A stretch of 12,769 nucleotides of DNA from an uncultured Fibrobacterales bacterium (GTDB lineage: Bacteria > Fibrobacterota > Fibrobacteria > Fibrobacterales > CAWVXU01): the NCBI GenBank assembly GCA_963934255.1, contig CAWVXU010000075.1:1-12769 (forward strand), given 5' to 3'. Shown here in pieces: positions 8,049 to 12,769 of the stretch. Below the pieces are notes generated by a model. That model was given only the letters and a program-made list of their open reading frames with translations. It had not been told where the DNA came from and did no database searches. The number at the start of each line of letters is the position of its first letter. Within the stretch, counting starts at the first letter, position 1. Made by a program: the position numbers and the translations under genes.

Positions 8049-8528
8049 ATGAAAATCTATCTACACTCGCCTTCAAAACTTTGGAACATCGCTCTCATTA
8101 CTAGGACACTGAAGCTCTTTGGACACGATGAACTCTACGTATTTGACGACGCCAACGTCCCTCTAGACAAAGAGGCAATGACTCCTACTCAAGTGCGCCG
8201 AGCCAATAAAATGTCGGTGGGGGCGTATTTTCAAATGAAGGTTCACCGAGTAGAAGATCCTGTGGAGTTTGTCAGAAACGAAATTAAACTCGGCCACCGT
8301 ATATTAGCTACCGTTCCAGCAATAGAAGCGACGCCTCTCAATCAATTTCAATTTGAAAAGAATGATGTCCTTTTACTCGGCGCCGAAGCCTATGGACTTC
8401 CACAAGAAATTCAAGACTTTTGCACCAATCGAATCACTATTCCTAGTCCAGGTTCGTCCTATTCTTTTAATTTGGGGGTTGCAGCCGGCATTTTACTCTA
8501 TGAGTACGGTAGACAACATCAGTTTTAG
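8049..8528 (+). CDS. Stand-alone SPOUT RNA methyltransferase (TrmH/TrmL/SpoU family)
   Basis: Knot motifs LLLGAEAYGLP, ITIP and SFNLGVAAGILLYE; N-terminal N…R motif (WNIALITRT). 159 aa with no extra RNA-binding domain. Confidence 0.88.
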   Translation: MKIYLHSPSKLWNIALITRTLKLFGHDELYVFDDANVPLDKEAMTPTQVRRANKMSVGAYFQMKVHRVEDPVEFVRNEIKLGHRILATVPAIEATPLNQFQFEKNDVLLLGAEAYGLPQEIQDFCTNRITIPSPGSSYSFNLGVAAGILLYEYGRQHQF

Positions 8529-8595
8529 ATTTCATCTTGATTTTAGTTTTTTGAGTTTAAATGTTTTAAAAGCCTCAAAACTCAAGTAACTCTTG

Positions 8596-8625
8596 TTGTA
8601 AATTGACATTCCATAACTCTATAAT
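8596..8625 (+). promoter_or_regulatory. Putative sigma70-type promoter for glpD and the phosphodiesterase gene, probably leaderless
   Basis: TTGTAA (8596-8601), 18-bp spacer, perfect TATAAT (8620-8625), then 6 nt, then ATG at 8632. No SD sequence. Confidence 0.55.
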
Positions 8626-8631
8626 AAAACC

Positions 8632-10083
8632 ATGCCAAGCTTAACAACAAATTTGCTCATCGTAGGTGGTGGAATCAACGGATTATCACTTGCTAGAACT
8701 GCAGCTGCCAATGATATTGACTGTATTTTATTGGACAAAGGTGATTTTTGTTCAGGTACCTCAAACGCTTCATCCAAACTCGTCCATGGCGGGCTGCGGT
8801 ATTTGGAACACTATGATTTTAAACTTGTCCAAGAAGCTGTTTTAGAGCGTAAGCTCCTGCTTGAAAACGCGCCAAACCATGTCAAAGAACAACGATTTTT
8901 CTATCCAAATTGTGAACAAGCACAGCACGGTAGATTTGCCACAAAAATAGGAATTAGTCTTTATGAGATTTTAGCTGGTGCCTCTAGTCTCAAACCCCAT
9001 CAATGGGTAGAAAGCAAAAAGCTTAGACGTCAAGAGCCTGAGTTTTTACCTGATGATCAATTAGGGACATATGAGTATTCTGATTGCTCAATGGATGACG
9101 CAGCTTTAGCACTTTCCACGATGGTAGACGCAAGTGACTTAGGCGCTCAATTTCATAATTTTCAAAAAGTAATCTCAATTAAAAAAGTCGATAATATATG
9201 GCAGGTTAAAACTAGAGCCAAACATCCTGATCTCGAAGATCTCACCATTGAAGCCAAAGAAATATCTCTCAATCTCGGCCCTTGGACTGATTACTGCCTC
9301 AAAGAGTGGGGATTCAGTTATCCCCAACTGGTATTGCTATCACAAGGCACTCATTTATTTGTAGAAAAGCTTCCTATAGAGACAAGCTTCATCCTTCCCG
9401 TACCTCACTCTGAACGATACTTTTTTGTACTTCCCTTTAAAGAAGGGCACCTCATCGGCACGACTGAAACTCCGGTGACATTAAATCAATTACACCCTCC
9501 AGTCTGTCAACCACAAGAGAATGAAGAACTCACCTCTTTGATGAGTCTTTACTTTCCCAATCTTTGTATCAAAACCATCAATACCATCACAGGGGTGCGC
9601 CCACTAGCTATAGAAAGCCCCTTGAAACAAAAAGTTAACCCCCATCTCAGCATTAAAACTAGTCGACAACATTTGTTTCATACAATCAAACCCGGTCTAC
9701 ATGCGGGAGTTGGTGGCAAATGGACCACACACCGTATATACGCAATTGAATTTCTTGAAAAAATGGGCTACCAAATACAAAACAATTTATCAGGCCGTCA
9801 CTACCCAATCCCCTACAGTCAATCCTCAGATGAGTTTAGCATAGAAGACCAGGTTCAACTATCTATTGAAAAAGAATATTGCCTCACCCCTCTAAGCTTT
9901 ATTAGACAACGGACTGGTTTGTTTTTCACCTCTCATGGTGGTCTTAAATTTTATCAAACAATCAGTGAAGTATTTAAAAGTCATTTTCCTAAGTCAGACG
10001 AAGAGCAATGGAAAACAGAATACCTGACTTATTTGAAGCGCAACAATCACCGAATATACCCCAAAGCCAAAGAGATTTTATGA
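8632..10083 (+). CDS. glpD: FAD-dependent glycerol-3-phosphate dehydrogenase/oxidase
   Basis: Rossmann motif IVGGGING, signature GTSNASSKLVHGGLRYLE, plus GPWTD, QGTHL, IGTTE, GVRPL and GGKWTTHR. Confidence 0.88.
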   Translation: MPSLTTNLLIVGGGINGLSLARTAAANDIDCILLDKGDFCSGTSNASSKLVHGGLRYLEHYDFKLVQEAVLERKLLLENAPNHVKEQRFFYPNCEQAQHGRFATKIGISLYEILAGASSLKPHQWVESKKLRRQEPEFLPDDQLGTYEYSDCSMDDAALALSTMVDASDLGAQFHNFQKVISIKKVDNIWQVKTRAKHPDLEDLTIEAKEISLNLGPWTDYCLKEWGFSYPQLVLLSQGTHLFVEKLPIETSFILPVPHSERYFFVLPFKEGHLIGTTETPVTLNQLHPPVCQPQENEELTSLMSLYFPNLCIKTINTITGVRPLAIESPLKQKVNPHLSIKTSRQHLFHTIKPGLHAGVGGKWTTHRIYAIEFLEKMGYQIQNNLSGRHYPIPYSQSSDEFSIEDQVQLSIEKEYCLTPLSFIRQRTGLFFTSHGGLKFYQTISEVFKSHFPKSDEEQWKTEYLTYLKRNNHRIYPKAKEIL

Positions 10084-10817
10084 GTTGGATAATAGCGCAT
10101 CGCGGAGACCATCGCGACCATATCGAAAACACTTTAGGAGCATTTGAGCGAGCCTACACACGAGAGAATACTTTTGTGGAGCTGGACGTACAACTTACTT
10201 GTGATTTAGTTCCGGTGATATTTCATGATGACAAACTTGAGCGCTTTACTCATCTGGTGAATGAGGTCAGAGAATTTAATCACGCTCAGATTAAGACATT
10301 GGAACTTCAAGAAGGCACTAAGGATTCTGCCAAGATTCCCACTCTTGATAAATTTTTAAATAAGTTTCCCAACTTACCTGTCTATTTTGAGCTAAAAGTA
10401 CCTCAATCTAAACAGAACTGCCTCCCCTACTTGAATGACCTTGCAGCAAAAACACTTGAAGTTTTAGCACAACACCACGTCCACCAGGATAGTTTTCTGG
10501 CAAGCTTTCATCCTAGGATGGGACACATATTACAATCATTAAACTCCTCATTCAAATACACTCAAATTTTTGAGGATAAAAAATTATTTGAAGATTCTTT
10601 TGATTGGACTCCTCAAGCTCTAGGGTTCTCTGAGCAACTCAAAGACCAGAGTTGGGACTTCATATCTATCTCATGGAAAAGTGTTTGGCGTCAGCTTGAA
10701 GACCCTAACATACTAGATCAATCATTGATATTCATCTGGGGTATCGAAAATGAAGACTTTATCTCACAAAAGCAAGGCCAATTTAAAGGCTTGGTGTCCG
10801 ACACTTATTTTCTTTGA
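10080..10817 (+). CDS. Glycerophosphodiester phosphodiesterase (GDPD; cytoplasmic UgpQ/GlpQ-like)
   Basis: IAHRG, ENTLGAF, VELDVQLT, VIFHD, IPTL and ELK motifs. The likely start is ATG at 10080, overlapping the glpD stop as ATGA, which puts AHRG at the usual N-terminal position. No signal peptide. Confidence 0.88.
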   Translation: MSWIIAHRGDHRDHIENTLGAFERAYTRENTFVELDVQLTCDLVPVIFHDDKLERFTHLVNEVREFNHAQIKTLELQEGTKDSAKIPTLDKFLNKFPNLPVYFELKVPQSKQNCLPYLNDLAAKTLEVLAQHHVHQDSFLASFHPRMGHILQSLNSSFKYTQIFEDKKLFEDSFDWTPQALGFSEQLKDQSWDFISISWKSVWRQLEDPNILDQSLIFIWGIENEDFISQKQGQFKGLVSDTYFL

Positions 10818-10846
10818 TCAAACTACTTGACTATTATATCACTAGA

Positions 10847-12649
10847 CTACTCAACTATCAGTTGAATCACTTGGGCAGATTCGTTCATATGGTATATCAC
10901 AAAATATCTCCCTGAGACCAAGGTATTACTCCATTGGTAATCACCCGAGCTCTGACTGACATGAGCTTTTTCAATTTGTCGACCAAGGGGTGACAACAAG
11001 CTAATCGTCCCAAGTACATCTCCGGTTGCATTCCACTGGACCCCTTGAGAGTTAGCTTTGATGTCAATAGATAAAGCATTTTGAAGATAAATAAGATCAA
11101 TTGATGACTGACTTGAAGAGCTTAAATCGGTAGTAGATGAAGAGGAGTTTTCGGCAGAAGAATTAAACGCAGTGACATTCTCCCAATAAACATCATTATT
11201 TACCGAAGGGGTCGTCCCCATTGGGATAGAATCAATTCCAAAAGAGCTCAAGTCCTTAGTTTCCCATAAAAAACCATTATAACTAAGAACATCACCCGCT
11301 CGATAAACACAATACTCATTCCATTCATCACCATAATTGATTAGTTCACAACCATTACAACTTTTCTCTTCCCACTCAAGCTGACCCTCAGTAGTCACAG
11401 GAGAGACACCCATAGTTGAAGTCAATCCAGGCAATAACTCATAGCAGGTTCCACTCACTTCAAGTAACCTATCATCTGTATAAGTACAACCAAACTGCCA
11501 ACGATAATAAGTGTCGCACCAGGGTTCAGACTTCATACTCCATACGGAGAGTATCTGTTCATTACCTACCCCATAAGGCTCTATATTTAAGTAGTTATTG
11601 TTATTCTTTTTCCAGTAGTATCCATCTTGATAAATAATCTCATTGGATTGAGTTTCATCTTCGATGAAGGGATTGTAACCCGTAGTTCCACCTGGTCGAG
11701 ATGGCTGATTGAGGCCGCGATTAATTTGGTAAAGCAGTGAGTTTGAATTCGTTGAATTTTTGTCTGCAGAGTTTGACCCAGTATTCATAGCCCAGAACAT
11801 CACTCCATGAAATTTAGAGTGCTTAGCATAAAGTGCTTTGTCGTAAATCATCTCAGGCCCATTATAATAATAGATTGTTCCCCCCCAAGAGTAACTATCG
11901 ATAGTATCATTTGAGGCCCCTGTATTGGAATAATTAATCGCAGACGCATTACTTGATTCGGCTGGTCTGCCGTAAAAAGGAACTCCAAGTACTAATTTTT
12001 CAGGTCCTACTTTAGTTAACCAATAATTCATATTATTTAACGATTTAATAAATCCCGAATGATTCGGTTTGGTCGGAGTTCTAAAATCATCATAATTCAT
12101 CACATTGATATAGTCGGCATCACTAAAAACAGTGGAATTATCTTCAAAAGGAGCTGCACCAATTTGGGCTTCGAGCCATTGGGTAGGCACGTCAATGGAG
12201 ATTTTTACATTAGCTGGAAGCTCGGTACGAAGTTTTGCTATTAAATTTTTGAACTTGGTTGCTCGCGTGGGGTTGTCTGGAAACTCCCAATCAATATCAA
12301 CTCCATCATATTCACACGCATTTACCTGAGTTATTATACTAGCCACAAAAGTGGTCAGATTCGACCCTGCTGCATCATCAAAAGCGTCAGAATAATCAGC
12401 ACCACCAATAGTCATATAAACTTTTAAGCCCACTGCGTTTAGGTTGGAAACATCCTTACACGTCCAAGAGCTTTCGATACCACCCCATGATTTAGGAATA
12501 AAAGGAAATAAATTCACTTGGGTCAATATGGCTTGATCAGATGCACTGGGGAAGTAAACTGAATTATTATTGTATTTGGTCAAAAAACCAATCACTTCAG
12601 CTGAAAAGCTTATCTGAATGAATAAAAGTAGGGTAAATAGTGACTTCAT
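10847..12649 (-). CDS. Secreted GH18 chitinase with CBM5/12-like modules, Ser-rich linker and T9SS-like C-terminal domain
   Basis: Signal peptide MKSLFTLLLFIQISFSA. GH18 motifs TIGG, DGVDIDWEFP (intact DxxDxDxE), NVMNYD, KLVLGVPFYGR and GVMFW. Start re-assigned to ATG at 12649, which has GGAGG upstream. Confidence 0.9.
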   Translation of the reverse strand: MKSLFTLLLFIQISFSAEVIGFLTKYNNNSVYFPSASDQAILTQVNLFPFIPKSWGGIESSWTCKDVSNLNAVGLKVYMTIGGADYSDAFDDAAGSNLTTFVASIITQVNACEYDGVDIDWEFPDNPTRATKFKNLIAKLRTELPANVKISIDVPTQWLEAQIGAAPFEDNSTVFSDADYINVMNYDDFRTPTKPNHSGFIKSLNNMNYWLTKVGPEKLVLGVPFYGRPAESSNASAINYSNTGASNDTIDSYSWGGTIYYYNGPEMIYDKALYAKHSKFHGVMFWAMNTGSNSADKNSTNSNSLLYQINRGLNQPSRPGGTTGYNPFIEDETQSNEIIYQDGYYWKKNNNNYLNIEPYGVGNEQILSVWSMKSEPWCDTYYRWQFGCTYTDDRLLEVSGTCYELLPGLTSTMGVSPVTTEGQLEWEEKSCNGCELINYGDEWNEYCVYRAGDVLSYNGFLWETKDLSSFGIDSIPMGTTPSVNNDVYWENVTAFNSSAENSSSSTTDLSSSSQSSIDLIYLQNALSIDIKANSQGVQWNATGDVLGTISLLSPLGRQIEKAHVSQSSGDYQWSNTLVSGRYFVIYHMNESAQVIQLIVE

Positions 12650-12653
12650 AATT

Positions 12654-12674
12654 TCCTCCGGCACCTCTAATATA
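12654..12674 (-). promoter_or_regulatory. Shine-Dalgarno (GGAGG) and putative -10 (TATATT) of the chitinase gene
   Basis: Minus strand reads TATATT(12674-12669)-agaggtgcc-GGAGG-aaatt-ATG. Confidence 0.5.
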
Positions 12675-12688
12675 GCCTAGACCTGAGA

Positions 12689-12716
12689 ATATTGACTCAC
12701 TTTCACAGTCAAATAT
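12689..12716. promoter_or_regulatory. Palindromic candidate transcription-factor site TTGACT-N9-AGTCAA upstream of the chitinase
   Basis: Arms at 12692-12697 and 12707-12712, extendable to ATATTGACT / AGTCAAATAT with one bulge. Confidence 0.4.
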
Positions 12717-12769
12717 CAAGAGAATGTCCTCTTTTGAGACCAGCATCACACTTTGTCCACATTCATTTC

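Noticed and set aside
8549..8585. Imperfect AT-rich inverted repeats after the SPOUT gene (TTTTGAG/CTCAAAA or TTGAGTTT/AAACTCAA)
   Set aside because: Short weak stems, long loop and no U-tract. Too weak to call a terminator.
7516..8589. ORFs 7516..7767 (-) and 8353..8589 (+)
   Set aside because: Shadows of the SSS and SPOUT genes.
8603..8625. TTGACA + TATAAT read as a perfect consensus promoter
   Set aside because: The spacer is only 11 bp, incompatible with canonical sigma70 geometry. TTGTAA at 18 bp was used as the -35 instead.
10008..10079. Longer N-terminus for the phosphodiesterase
   Set aside because: It would overlap glpD by 76 bp. ATG at 10080 gives the typical ATGA coupling and family-typical N-terminus.
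10897..12329. ORFs 10897..11100, 11416..11637, 12059..12244 and 12132..12329
   Set aside because: Nested in or antisense to the chitinase with no independent support.
12650..12664. GTG start at 12664 for the chitinase
   Set aside because: The five extra codons contain the GGAGG SD for ATG at 12649, which begins a clean signal peptide.
1..12769. CRISPR array, tRNA/rRNA, IS element, integrase or defence genes
   Set aside because: No regularly spaced repeats, no intergenic space with cloverleaf-like structure, and no transposase, recombinase or defence-domain motifs in the ORFs.

Overview
AT-rich bacterial window (roughly 38% GC by eye) containing mostly housekeeping and metabolic genes. The minus-strand block runs ApaH-like metallophosphoesterase > nadA > plsC-type acyltransferase > rnr (RNase R with a long charged tail) > a PepSY-TM gene split by a one-base frameshift. 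The plus-strand block runs sodium:solute symporter > SPOUT (TrmH/TrmL-like) methyltransferase > glpD > cytoplasmic glycerophosphodiester phosphodiesterase. Converging on it is a secreted multi-module GH18 chitinase: signal peptide, GH18 domain, up to three CBM5/12-like modules, Ser-rich linker and a T9SS-like C-terminal domain. The left edge is the frameshifted 3' end of another protein with a similar C-terminal domain. The Ser-linker plus C-terminal domain architecture suggests an FCB-group host, possibly Fibrobacterota (inference only). I saw no rRNA, tRNA, CRISPR array or mobile element, and no clearly new multi-gene system. The best leads are a possible SSS-fed glycerophosphodiester pathway, the chitinase architecture with its upstream palindrome, the atypical RNase R, probable leaderless genes and local frameshifts in the first 1 kb.
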